From: Acidimicrobiales bacterium
Lineage (GTDB): Bacteria; Actinomycetota; Acidimicrobiia; Acidimicrobiales; Acidimicrobilacustridaceae
Length of the DNA stretch: 64,000 nucleotides
Assembly: GCA_018401565.1 (NCBI GenBank)
Contig: JAGYKS010000021.1
Span: forward strand, 29,307-93,306
Direction: 5' to 3'
Made by a program: the position numbers and the translations under genes. The notes beneath the pieces are model-generated. The model made no database searches. It saw nothing but the letters and a program-made list of their open reading frames with translations, and was not told the DNA's origin. Below are positions 1 to 8,308 of this stretch, one piece after another. Within the stretch, counting starts at the first letter, position 1. Every line of letters begins with the position of its first letter.

Positions 1-313
1 ACTGCTCGGGCGACGACGCCCCGTCGAGGAAGGAAAAGTGTGAATGGGCGTGCAGTTCGGCGTATCGCACCGATGACCGGCCGCGCACCACTGCCGGCGC
101 TTCATAGGGGCCTCGCTTGCGGGACCATGCCGGAGCGTCACCGCCATCACCGACTGGAGCACCATCGATTGGAGCGTCACCTGCTGGAGCACCACCTGCT
201 GGAGCACCACCTGCTGGAGTTGCGCTGTCAGGCCGACCGCCAGCCGGCGGGTCTGACAGGCGGCGTTCGAGTTCGCTCCACGGCACCGCCGGATTTCTTT
301 GTTCCCAACCCAT
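1..313 (-). CDS. dnaE2: Error-prone DNA polymerase DnaE2, N-terminal fragment (gene continues past the left window edge)
   Basis: Hand translation of the reverse strand from ATG (cat at 311-313): MGWEQRNPAVPWSELERRLSD...RKRGPYEAPAVVRGRSSVRYAELHAHSHFSFLDGASSPEQ. YAELHAHSxFSFLDGAS is the PHP-domain start typical of DnaE2, and the MGW..W.E.ER N-terminus resembles mycobacterial DnaE2. It is absent from the ORF track only because the window edge truncates it. It lies directly downstream of imuA'-imuB. Confidence 0.8.
   Translation of the reverse strand, partial: MGWEQRNPAVPWSELERRLSDPPAGGRPDSATPAGGAPAGGAPAGDAPIDGAPVGDGGDAPAWSRKRGPYEAPAVVRGRSSVRYAELHAHSHFSFLDGASSPEQ
148..222. repeat. 15-nt in-frame tandem repeat (about 5 units, 3 near-perfect: cacctgctggagcac) inside the dnaE2 N-terminal region
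   Basis: Units at 148-162, 163-177, 178-192, 193-207 and 208-220. On the coding (minus) strand they encode APAGG/APAGD/APIDG/APVGD low-complexity repeats. Confidence 0.85.
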
Positions 314-320
314 GGGGTCA

Positions 321-346
321 GTGTATCGAACGTATGTTCGATACAC
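321..346. promoter_or_regulatory. LexA/SOS box (TCGAAC-GTAT-GTTCGA at 326-341) embedded in a 26-bp palindrome, about 10 nt upstream of the dnaE2 start
   Basis: The sequence is gtgtaTCGAACgtatGTTCGAtacac. The 11-bp arms are perfectly complementary with a 4-nt spacer. It matches the Gram-positive/actinobacterial consensus TCGAAC-N4-GTTCGA and sits in the 166-bp imuB-dnaE2 intergenic region. Confidence 0.8.
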
Positions 347-479
347 CAGTGGCACTCACTCATGGTGTTGCGCCCACGCCAGTCCCCATTGTCGTCGCCG
401 GGTGCGACACCAATCCATGAACAACACAGGCAAGTTCACCAACAGCACAGGCTGTCACTGGCAGCACACGCTCAGTCGC

Positions 480-2132
480 TCAGTCGTAGGTTGCCTCGCA
501 CCACCACCGGCCGCCCTCACAGGCCACCAGCAGCGGTGGTCCTTCCACACATTGAATCTGCAGACGGGCCCGTCTCCTGTGCGCCACAGGATCCCACCAC
601 CGTTCGTCGACCGGCCACGGACCGGCCCACGCCACCACCTGTTGGGTGTGTCCGGGCCGACCCACATGGGCCGGAGGGGCGCTGAGGTGTGAGCGACCGT
701 CCACGCACACCACCGCACCCTCGGCATCACGCACCTCGACTGCCCACGGGGGGTCGTGCACCAGTGCAGGCGCTGGCGGAGGCACCGACCCAGGCCACGG
801 GGCCGCCAGACCCGGCATCCCCCCTGTGTCCACAGCCGCCACCACACCAGCTGGCACCCTCACCACCTGCTCGGCTGGGCTGCGCCCGCCGCGCCGACCC
901 GGCATGGCGACTGATCCCGGCCCCAACAACGCATCAACGCGCGCCACCACCCGGGCCGCCCGCTGGTCAGCAGCAGTCTCCTCACCCCAAAAACCCAGCT
1001 GGCGTCCCGTGGCAGCCACCACCTCGCCGGGCACCAGCCGCAACCGCACCACCCCGGCGGTGGGACGGGCGGCCACCGGACCTGACAACCAGCCATCGAG
1101 TTGCCATCGGATCCGATCCACCAGACCGGCCGACGATGCGTCATAACGCCACAACCTGGAACATGCCTCACCGTGATCGGTCTCGAACTCCACAGACACC
1201 ACCGACGTGGTGGATCCCCGTGACGCCAAACGGTGATGGAAATCGTCGGCCAGAGGTCGGGCAGCGAAGGCCAGGGCATCGGCACGTTCCACCGGTGGGT
1301 CCAACGTGGCCACCACCACCAACTCCGGGGCTGGGACCTCAGCAGCAGCCGGTCGATCGTCGACACCACGGGCCAATGCGTGGACCATCACTGCCGGACC
1401 GCCAAAACGCGCCAGCACGTCGGCGGGTTCCAGCGAGGCGAACGCCCCCACCGTTCCCAACCCCAACCGTCTCAGCAGATTGGCCAGACCGGGGTCCACC
1501 CCGGCCACCACACCGGGGGATGCCAGTACCGCCACCGGCAATGCCGACAACGCATGCGCCGTGCCGCCAACGGGTACCACCAGCGGCGTGTGACCAACCG
1601 TCAGGTGGGCGGCCACCAACCGGCTACCCACCGCCCCGTCAGCCACCGCCACGCGCACCCAGCCCGGCCATCCCATGTCTGCGAGCACGACATCAACGGC
1701 ATCGGCCACCTGATGGGCAAGGGAAGCCTCGGCATCGCCGACGCCACCGGGCGGAGCGAAGTACCGGGCCGGGCCCCGAGATGCCAGCACACAGTCGCCG
1801 GGGTGTCCCACCTCCACGGTGGGACTGAACGCCATCACCGCCGCAACCACCGGTTCAAATGTCGCTGCCAACGACCGGTCATCGAACGGCAGGAGTTCGA
1901 TGTCAGGACAGCGGCTCTGGGCCTCACGGCGGCGTTGACCGACGGCCACCCCGGCACCCGTTGCCACTGGGGTTGCTGCCACCACACGACCTGAACGCAC
2001 CACCGCCGTCGGCGCATCCGGCGCAGCCCCGGCAGCGATCACCGGCCACTGGTCGCACCACACCGCCAACGCCCGCAACGGACCGGGAGAGCCGGCAGAA
2101 CCGGCAGCACCGGCAGGACTGCGTTGGTTCAT
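480..2132 (-). CDS. imuB: ImuB, Y-family polymerase-like SOS mutasome subunit
   Basis: The ORF is 480..2150. The N-terminus LRALAVWCDQWPVIAAG... and the overall Ala/Gly-rich Y-family-like sequence are typical of ImuB. The likely start is ATG at 2130-2132, which forms an ATGA overlap with the imuA' stop (tcat at 2129-2132). It lies between imuA' and dnaE2. Confidence 0.75.
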   Translation of the reverse strand: MNQRSPAGAAGSAGSPGPLRALAVWCDQWPVIAAGAAPDAPTAVVRSGRVVAATPVATGAGVAVGQRRREAQSRCPDIELLPFDDRSLAATFEPVVAAVMAFSPTVEVGHPGDCVLASRGPARYFAPPGGVGDAEASLAHQVADAVDVVLADMGWPGWVRVAVADGAVGSRLVAAHLTVGHTPLVVPVGGTAHALSALPVAVLASPGVVAGVDPGLANLLRRLGLGTVGAFASLEPADVLARFGGPAVMVHALARGVDDRPAAAEVPAPELVVVATLDPPVERADALAFAARPLADDFHHRLASRGSTTSVVSVEFETDHGEACSRLWRYDASSAGLVDRIRWQLDGWLSGPVAARPTAGVVRLRLVPGEVVAATGRQLGFWGEETAADQRAARVVARVDALLGPGSVAMPGRRGGRSPAEQVVRVPAGVVAAVDTGGMPGLAAPWPGSVPPPAPALVHDPPWAVEVRDAEGAVVCVDGRSHLSAPPAHVGRPGHTQQVVAWAGPWPVDERWWDPVAHRRRARLQIQCVEGPPLLVACEGGRWWCEATYD

Positions 2133-3007
2133 GATCCCCGGCCTGGCCACTCCAGCACCGTGGCGCCTTCATCAGATGCGCTCCTATCAGATGGACCCGC
2201 ATCACATGCGCCCGCATCACATGGACCCGCATCGTCCAGGCCTGCGATGGGGGGATCGGCGGCACACACCCCACCGTCGTCACCGGGCAGCCACAGCCAG
2301 TGCTGTTGGCGCCGAGCGGCGCTCCCCCGGCCGCTGCGCTCCACCGCCATCCGCCGGCGTCGCAAATGGCCGTACCCGCGATCCAGCCCGTCCCATTGCG
2401 AATCCACCACCTTGAGTCGCACACTCGGCTCGAACCCGACGATCTCCCATCGCATGGTCACCACCACGTTGCCGCGCTCACGCGCCAACGTGGCCAGGCG
2501 GCGACCCACCCCGGAGGCCAGACCCCCCGATCTGCTGCCAGGTCTGCCACCAGAACTCCTGCCAGAGTTCCTGCCAGGCCTGCCGCGATCAGTTTTCTGG
2601 CCAGTTCGACCACCACCGTCAGGTGCCGCCACCACCAGCACGTCCACCCCTGCAGCCAGTGCCCCTATCACCCGGGGCCAGTCGGCCGTCGGCACGCGAT
2701 CGACCAGCAGCACACGTCCGGGATCCAGGCCGCAGGCCAACAATGCCCCCAGACCCAGATCGCCCATCCCCACCACGGCTACCCACGAACCGGCCTGCGA
2801 TGCCGCTGCCACCATGGTCAGGGCCAACGAGGTGGCACCGGCACCATCGGCGGCATCCACTGCCACCGTGGTGCCACGCACCATCCCGCCCTCGGGGAAC
2901 AACTTCTCCATGGCATCGGCCACCGGCAGGGTGTGACGCACCAGTGCCGAGGGGGCGACAAGCACCGAAGGATCGATCAGTGCTGAATCGAACACCTGTT
3001 CGGGCAT
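2129..3007 (-). CDS. imuA': ImuA' (RecA-fold SOS mutasome accessory protein)
   Basis: 292-aa ORF. The segment GGMVRGTTVAVDAADGAGATSLALTMVAAASQAGSWVAVVGMGDLGLGALLACGLDPGRVLLV is the degenerate RecA/KaiC-like core seen in mycobacterial ImuA'. It is translationally coupled to imuB. The exact start is uncertain because an SOS box overlaps codons 2-7. Confidence 0.7.
   Translation of the reverse strand: MPEQVFDSALIDPSVLVAPSALVRHTLPVADAMEKLFPEGGMVRGTTVAVDAADGAGATSLALTMVAAASQAGSWVAVVGMGDLGLGALLACGLDPGRVLLVDRVPTADWPRVIGALAAGVDVLVVAAPDGGGRTGQKTDRGRPGRNSGRSSGGRPGSRSGGLASGVGRRLATLARERGNVVVTMRWEIVGFEPSVRLKVVDSQWDGLDRGYGHLRRRRMAVERSGRGSAARRQQHWLWLPGDDGGVCAADPPIAGLDDAGPCDAGACDAGPSDRSASDEGATVLEWPGRGS
2988..3003. 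promoter_or_regulatory. Second LexA/SOS-box-like site (TCGAAC-ACCT-GTTCGg) overlapping the 5' end of the imuA' ORF
   Basis: aaTCGAACacctGTTCGGgcat. The GAAC-N4-GTTC core is perfect. It lies 2-19 nt inside the longest imuA' ORF (ATG at 3005-3007). Confidence 0.6.
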
Positions 3008-3091
3008 GGACCCGTTCTAGCGGACCACGCAGGACGAATCCAGTGGATGATCAGCGCAGGCCCACAACGACCCGCAGGTCGCCAACCGGTG

Positions 3092-3445
3092 TCAGGCCTC
3101 GGGGGCCTCGGCGTCGACGGCGTCGTCGGTGGTGAAGTCGGCCAGGGTCGGCACCGTCACCCCGGGGCGGTAGTACGTGAACAGGTCCTCGATGAGTTCA
3201 CGAAGGCCGGCGCCATCTCCCCGAGCCAGCTCCACCGTGATCACATTGCCGTTCACGTGGACCCGTTCCACGTCACCGGTGGCGAAAAGCTGACGGGCAA
3301 GTTCGTCCACCGGGCGGACCGCCAGCGGGTCGGGGACCGAGGTGTAACTCTCGTGCGCCATACCTGACAGCACCCGATTGGTGGAAAAACGCACCACACC
3401 GGAACGCTTGGACGAATCCTGAATGACCGTAACGGGCTGACCCAT
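3092..3445 (-). CDS. Small Nfu/NifU N-terminal-domain-like protein (tentative)
   Basis: 117-aa ORF with good third-position GC. The pattern ...VVRFSTNRVL...VDELARQLFATGDVERVHVNGNVITVELARGDG... resembles scaffold-protein Nfu_N domains. No cysteines are present, so it is not a cluster-binding domain. Confidence 0.45.
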   Translation of the reverse strand: MGQPVTVIQDSSKRSGVVRFSTNRVLSGMAHESYTSVPDPLAVRPVDELARQLFATGDVERVHVNGNVITVELARGDGAGLRELIEDLFTYYRPGVTVPTLADFTTDDAVDAEAPEA

Positions 3446-3468
3446 GCGGCGAATCTAGTGCCGCTGCG

Positions 3469-3879
3469 TCAGGCGGCACCACCTCGCACGCCTTGCGGGG
3501 ACGTGGCAGCCGCACGCCAGGTGCCCACGGCCAGAGCGATCGACACCGCTGCCAGCACCACGTGGACCACCACGAAACCCAACGAACGCCACGCAAGCGT
3601 GATCTGCACGGCACGCACAATCCACACCGCAACAGTGACCCCAGCCGCCACCCGCCACACCATGGCCACCAGTGGCGGCGGCGTCGTCCAGCCCCGGGCG
3701 GCCACCACCACCAGGCCCAGGGCGGTGGCCACGGCCAGCACGAGCAACACCACCGACAGCGTGACGCTCACGGTCACTGCCGATTCGTCACCCCGAGCCA
3801 GATTCACCAAACGCTGCACCCACACAAAAGCGGTGAAGGCCACGAATCCGGCAACCACGAACCTGTCTGTTCGGCGCAT
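3469..3879 (-). CDS. Hypothetical integral membrane protein (4 predicted TM helices)
   Basis: 136-aa ORF with four hydrophobic stretches (FVVAGFVAFTAFVWV, VTLSVVLLVLAVATALGLVVVAA, VAAGVTVAVWIV, FVVVHVVLAAVSIALAVG). No recognised family. Confidence 0.5.
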   Translation of the reverse strand: MRRTDRFVVAGFVAFTAFVWVQRLVNLARGDESAVTVSVTLSVVLLVLAVATALGLVVVAARGWTTPPPLVAMVWRVAAGVTVAVWIVRAVQITLAWRSLGFVVVHVVLAAVSIALAVGTWRAAATSPQGVRGGAA

Positions 3880-3922
3880 GAGGGAAGGCTACGCCCGACC
3901 CACGACATCGAGGCCATCGAAA

Positions 3923-3964
3923 CGGGCCATCAACATCGGGCCATCAACAGCGGGCCATCAACAT
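3923..3964. repeat. Three tandem 14-nt direct repeats (cgggccatcaaca[t/g]) in a divergent intergenic region
   Basis: Units at 3923-3936, 3937-3950 and 3951-3964. The 14-nt period is not a multiple of 3. They lie between the membrane-protein gene (-) and the acyl-CoA dehydrogenase gene (+). Confidence 0.85.
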
Positions 3965-4029
3965 CGGGTGCGACAGTGATACCGGCACGGCGAACGCCCG
4001 TATGGGCACACCGCAGCTTTGGGCGGTAT

Positions 4030-4047
4030 CTTGACCACACAGTCAAG
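4030..4047. promoter_or_regulatory. Inverted repeat CTTGAC-N6-GTCAAG, candidate operator about 40 nt upstream of the acyl-CoA dehydrogenase start
   Basis: cttgaccacacagtcaag has perfect 6-bp arms. Its function is inferred only from position. Confidence 0.3.
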
Positions 4048-4086
4048 GACAACACTGCACCGCCAAAAACAACCTCGGGGAGCACC

Positions 4087-5358
4087 ATGGCCGACATGCA
4101 GAGCGTCGAAGAGTTCCGTGACGAGGCGAAGAGCTTTCTGGACGCCAACGCCGAACTGCGTGACAGCGACGACAAGCCGTTCGTGTGGGGCGAAGGTGAC
4201 GACGATGTCTCGCTGTTCGAAGAGATCGACCGCGACGTTGAGCTGGAACTGCTGGAAAAGGCCAAGCAGTGGCGAGCCACCCGTTTCGACAACGGGTACG
4301 GCTGGATCACCGGTCCGGCCGAGTTCGGTGGCCGTGACCTGACCAGCGCCCACGAGCGGGCCTACCAGAGCCTCGAGAGCCGCTACGCGCTGCCCAACAT
4401 GGGGTTCTTCGGCATCGGCCTGGGCATGGTGGCCCCCACGATCCTGGCCCACGCCACCGATGAGGTGAAGCAGGCCTACCTCGAAAAGATGTACCGGGGT
4501 GACGTTGTCGGTTGCCAGCTGTTCAGTGAGCCGGGGGCCGGCAGCGATCTGGCCAGCCTGCAAACCAAAGCCGAGCGCGACGGCGACGAGTGGATCATCA
4601 CCGGGCAGAAGGTGTGGACCTCAGGGGCGCACTACTCAGACATCGGCGAGATCATCTGCCGCAGCGACTCCGACCTGCCCAAGCACAAGGGACTCACCGG
4701 CTTCGTGGTGGACATGCATGCTCCCGGCGTGGAGATCCGCCCCCTGCGCCAGATGACCGGCGGCGCCTCGTTCAACGAGGTGTTCTTCAACGAGGTTCGG
4801 GTGCCCGACAGCTTCCGGCTGGGCGACGTGAACCAGGGCTGGACGGTGGCGCTCACCACCCTCATGAACGAGCGGGCCTCCATCGGCGGCGGCAGCGGCG
4901 GCGGCATGGGGCTGGCCAGCGTGACCCGCCTGGCCGAGCTGTGTCGGCATTTCGGCATCATCGACGATCCCATCGTGCGCCAAAAGATGATGGACGTGTA
5001 CATCAACTTCCAGGTCAGCCGGTACACAAACCAGCGGGCCATGGACAAGATCAAAAAGGGCCAGCTGCCCGGCCCCGAGATGTCCATCGCCAAGCTGTCG
5101 CTGACCAACAACCTGTGGCGCACGGCCAACTTTGTGGCCGACATGCTCGGGCCACGCATCATCGCTGACACCGGTGAATGGGGAACGTTTGCCTGGGGCC
5201 AGTTCCTGCTCGGCGTGCCGGGCATGAAGGTGGCCGGCGGTACCGACGAGGTGATGAAGAACATCGTGGGCGAGCGCGTGTTGGGCCTGCCCAAGGATCC
5301 CGGGATCGACTCCACCACCGCCTTCAGGGACCTGCGGGTCGGCACCCAGGCCAACTAA
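4087..5358 (+). CDS. Acyl-CoA dehydrogenase
   Basis: The start MADMQSVEEFRDEAKSFL (ATG at 4087) is preceded by ggggag. The protein contains GCQLFSEPGAGSDLASLQTKAERDGDEWIITGQKVWTSGA and C-terminal ...GGTDEVMKNIVGERVLGLP, which are classical ACAD motifs. Confidence 0.9.
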   Translation: MADMQSVEEFRDEAKSFLDANAELRDSDDKPFVWGEGDDDVSLFEEIDRDVELELLEKAKQWRATRFDNGYGWITGPAEFGGRDLTSAHERAYQSLESRYALPNMGFFGIGLGMVAPTILAHATDEVKQAYLEKMYRGDVVGCQLFSEPGAGSDLASLQTKAERDGDEWIITGQKVWTSGAHYSDIGEIICRSDSDLPKHKGLTGFVVDMHAPGVEIRPLRQMTGGASFNEVFFNEVRVPDSFRLGDVNQGWTVALTTLMNERASIGGGSGGGMGLASVTRLAELCRHFGIIDDPIVRQKMMDVYINFQVSRYTNQRAMDKIKKGQLPGPEMSIAKLSLTNNLWRTANFVADMLGPRIIADTGEWGTFAWGQFLLGVPGMKVAGGTDEVMKNIVGERVLGLPKDPGIDSTTAFRDLRVGTQAN

Positions 5359-5420
5359 CCCTCACCCTGCCACCGCAGCGCCCCGGGGGAGGGGTCCGAC
5401 CACGGCGATAGGGTCCAACC

Positions 5421-6947
5421 ATGGGCTCGACCGATGCACCCCAAGGCCCGAAGGTCTTCAGCCGCAGGGACGCACTGAAACTCGGTGGGCTGGGGGTGAT
5501 GGCCGCTGGTGCCCTGACGTTGGTCGGCTGTTCAACCTCGGACACCACCGGCGGGTCGGCGGGGGGCGCCAGTTCGACCACAGCGGCAACCACCCCACCG
5601 GCGCCGTCGTCAGGTGGGCTCTTGCTCCCCACTCCCATCGAGTTGCGAAGCACCGATGGGGTACTCGACGTGGCGTTCGTTGCTGCACCTGCGATGGTCC
5701 CGTGGCAAGACGGCACCCGGTACGCCCTCACCTACAACGGCATCTCACCAGGCCCCACCCTTCGTGCCCGTCCGGGCGACGTCATCAATGTGACGCTGCG
5801 CAACGAACTCGATGAACCCACCAATCTCCACACCCATGGGTTGCACGTGTCTCCCGAGGGCATCAGCGACAACGTGTTCATCATGATCGAGCCGGGTCAG
5901 GAATTCAGTTACCGGTACGAGATCCCCTCAGACCACCCGTCGGGCACGTTCTGGTACCACCCCCACCATCACGGCAACACCGCCCAGCAACTGTTCGGGG
6001 GTATGGCTGGCGCCATCATCATCGACGACGAAATCGACGACTCCGGGGCAATGGTCAACAGTTCCGAGCGAATGCTGATCCTCGCCGATCCCAACATCGG
6101 CGACAGTCCGGCGGTGGTGGACGCCACCATGCCCGAGCGGATGCAGGGCCGTCAGGGCGACGCCGTGCTGGTCAACGGAGTGCAATCGCCGACCATCGCT
6201 GCCACAACCGGCACCACCGAACGGTGGCGGATCGTGAACACGAGCCCATCGCGCTTTTACAACCTCACGATTGACGGACTGACGATGGTTCTGGTGGGTA
6301 CCGATCAGGGCCGACTGCGCCAGCCCGAACCCGTCGACCAGATCGTGCTCACCCCGGGCCAGCGCGCCGAAGTCATGGTCGCTCTGACCGACCCCGGCAC
6401 ATTCACACTCGTCACCACCGAGGTGGACCGCGGCTCGATGAGCGGGGGGACGCTTGTGCCCCCGGCAGGCACGGTCACTGCCCTGCTGTCGGTCGAGGTG
6501 ACCGGCACATCCGGTGCCCAGGCGCCACCACCACCCAGCCAACTCGACGGGCCCGATGAACGTGCCGACCTGTCGGTTGACTCGACACGGTCGATGAGCC
6601 TGGGTGGGTCAGGCATGGGCATGCGGTCTCTTGTCATCGACGGACAGTCGTTCGACATGGACGTCGTCAACATCACCACCACGCTCGGTACCACCGAGCG
6701 ATGGACGATCACCAACCCATCCATGATGGACCACCCGTTCCACATCCATGTGTGGCCATTCAAGGTTGTGGAACGCAGCGACGGTGCCCCGCTGGACCCC
6801 GGATGGCGCGACACGGTGAACGTGCCGGCGGGCGGATCGGTCAGCATCGTCATGCCGTTTGAGGACATCAGTGGTCGCACGGTCTACCACTGCCACATCC
6901 TCGATCACGAGGACATCGGCATGATGGGCGTCATCGAGGTCGTCTGA
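5421..6947 (+). CDS. Multicopper oxidase (laccase/CueO-like), Tat-exported lipoprotein
   Basis: Tat motif SRRDALKLGG followed by the lipobox LVGC. The copper ligand motifs are HTHGLHV, WYHPHHHG, HPFHIHVWPF and YHCHILDHEDIGMMG. Confidence 0.9.
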   Translation: MGSTDAPQGPKVFSRRDALKLGGLGVMAAGALTLVGCSTSDTTGGSAGGASSTTAATTPPAPSSGGLLLPTPIELRSTDGVLDVAFVAAPAMVPWQDGTRYALTYNGISPGPTLRARPGDVINVTLRNELDEPTNLHTHGLHVSPEGISDNVFIMIEPGQEFSYRYEIPSDHPSGTFWYHPHHHGNTAQQLFGGMAGAIIIDDEIDDSGAMVNSSERMLILADPNIGDSPAVVDATMPERMQGRQGDAVLVNGVQSPTIAATTGTTERWRIVNTSPSRFYNLTIDGLTMVLVGTDQGRLRQPEPVDQIVLTPGQRAEVMVALTDPGTFTLVTTEVDRGSMSGGTLVPPAGTVTALLSVEVTGTSGAQAPPPPSQLDGPDERADLSVDSTRSMSLGGSGMGMRSLVIDGQSFDMDVVNITTTLGTTERWTITNPSMMDHPFHIHVWPFKVVERSDGAPLDPGWRDTVNVPAGGSVSIVMPFEDISGRTVYHCHILDHEDIGMMGVIEVV

Positions 6948-6954
6948 GATCGTC

Positions 6955-7698
6955 CTAGGCGAACAGCGAGCCCTGTCCGCCGGGCTCGACACGGGGTTGC
7001 CCGGTCCACGGCAGGCCGTCCATGAACGACCACGACCGCCGGTGAATGGTGGTGGGCCCACGGCCGGCCAGCGACGCGCGGTGCTGGGCACACGGGTAAC
7101 CCTTGTTGCGTTCGAAGTTGAACGCCGGATAGTTGTCGGCCTCGGCCACCATGATGCGGTCCCGGGTGACCTTGGCCACCACCGAGGCGGCAGCGATGGA
7201 CAGGCTGGAGGCATCCCCGCGCACCACAGTGCGCACGTTCGGACCCCCGATGAAGTCCCAGTTGCCATCGAGCAACACCATGTCGGGGATCACCCCCAGC
7301 CCGTCGAGCGCCCGACGTGCCGCCAGACGCTGAGCCGCCGACATACCGAGCTGATCGCACTCGTCATGGGTGGCGTGACCCACCGACCACGCCTCTGCCC
7401 ACGCCACGATCGGTTCGTACAGCGCCTCGCGTTCAGCTGGGGTGAGCAGCTTTGAGTCCCGTACCCGGGTGATGCGGCGGTCGTGGGGTGCCACCACCGC
7501 CGCCAGGGTGAGGGGTCCAGCCCACGCACCGCGCCCCACTTCGTCGATGCCCACCACCACCGCATGGCCGTCGGCCCAAAGTTCCCGCTCCAGTCCCAGA
7601 CCGGGCGCCTTGCCCCGCAGCGACGGCCTCAGTCGTGCGCCTCGCTGGGTTCCCATCGACCGAACGCTACCGTCACCCCATGTCGGGGGCTGACACAT
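6955..7698 (-). CDS. rnhB: Ribonuclease HII
   Basis: The motifs GIDEVGRGAWAGPLTLAAVV, RDSKLLTP, LLDGN and DSLSIAAASVVAKVTRD are typical of RNase HII. The true start may be the internal MGTQRG (7656). Confidence 0.9.
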   Translation of the reverse strand: MCQPPTWGDGSVRSMGTQRGARLRPSLRGKAPGLGLERELWADGHAVVVGIDEVGRGAWAGPLTLAAVVAPHDRRITRVRDSKLLTPAEREALYEPIVAWAEAWSVGHATHDECDQLGMSAAQRLAARRALDGLGVIPDMVLLDGNWDFIGGPNVRTVVRGDASSLSIAAASVVAKVTRDRIMVAEADNYPAFNFERNKGYPCAQHRASLAGRGPTTIHRRSWSFMDGLPWTGQPRVEPGGQGSLFA

Positions 7699-7742
7699 CA
7701 GCCGCCCCCGGGCCGCCGGCCGTCCCGCAGTCTCGGGTCAGG

Positions 7743-8165
7743 TCAGGTTGCGTCCAGCTCGAGCCGGTCAATGACCGGTCGTTCGCTCTCATCGACAGCG
7801 GTGGTGGTGAACGCCTGGCACAACTCATGGGCCATCGCCGCAGTTGTGAGCCTCAGGCCGATGGCAAGGACATTGGCATCGTTCCAACGGCGGGCGCCGA
7901 CGGCGGTGGCGGCGTCGACGCACAGCGCAGCCCGCACGCCGGGGACCTTGTTGGCTGCCATCGCCACGCCGGTGCCCGTCCAGCAGCACACCACCCCCAT
8001 GTCGGCGTCACCCCGCGACACCGCACCACCCACCTGGTGACCCACCTGCGGCCATGGGGCGACCTCACCGGCTGGCTCGACCACCTCATGGCCCGCCGCC
8101 CGCAGCCAGGCTTTCACGGCATCAGGCGTGACGCCGTGCTCATCAGTTCCCACCGCTATGCGCAT
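7743..8165 (-). CDS. rpiB: Ribose-5-phosphate isomerase B (RpiB/LacA/LacB family)
   Basis: MRIAVGTDEHG...GVVCCWTGTGVAMAANKVPGVRAALC...ARRWNDANVLAIG. The start is taken at ATG 8163-8165 rather than the upstream GTG. Confidence 0.85.
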   Translation of the reverse strand: MRIAVGTDEHGVTPDAVKAWLRAAGHEVVEPAGEVAPWPQVGHQVGGAVSRGDADMGVVCCWTGTGVAMAANKVPGVRAALCVDAATAVGARRWNDANVLAIGLRLTTAAMAHELCQAFTTTAVDESERPVIDRLELDAT

Positions 8166-8242
8166 GAATGCAACCGTACCGGCGCCGGCCCAACTGACGA
8201 CCGTGCCCACCGGGTTGCACCCTCTTGCCGGGGCTCCGACGG

Positions 8243-8287
8243 CTATAGTTTTGTTACATTAATTTTCCAATTCGTTCGCGAATTGCC
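8243..8287. promoter_or_regulatory. AT-rich island with inverted repeat CAATTCG-N4-CGAATTG (8268-8285) in the rpiB / GAF-ANTAR divergent intergenic region
   Basis: ctatagttttgttacattaattttccaattcgttcgcgaattgcc is conspicuously AT-rich in a genome of roughly 70% GC. The 7-bp arms are perfect. It ends about 20 nt upstream of the GTG start at 8309. Confidence 0.4.
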
Positions 8288-8308
8288 GATCATCCTGGAT
8301 GGATCATC

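Noticed and set aside
40-692. Plus-strand ORFs with HRLEHH / PPAGAPPAG repeats (40..420 and 117..692)
   Set aside because: The repeats are the reverse-complement reading of the 15-nt tandem repeat inside the dnaE2 N-terminus. The region is explained by dnaE2 (minus strand), the SOS-box intergenic region and the imuB 3' end.
689-1828. 379-aa Pro/Arg-rich plus-strand ORF
   Set aside because: It is antisense to imuB. Its extreme Pro/Arg composition is typical of an out-of-phase reading of GC-rich coding DNA.
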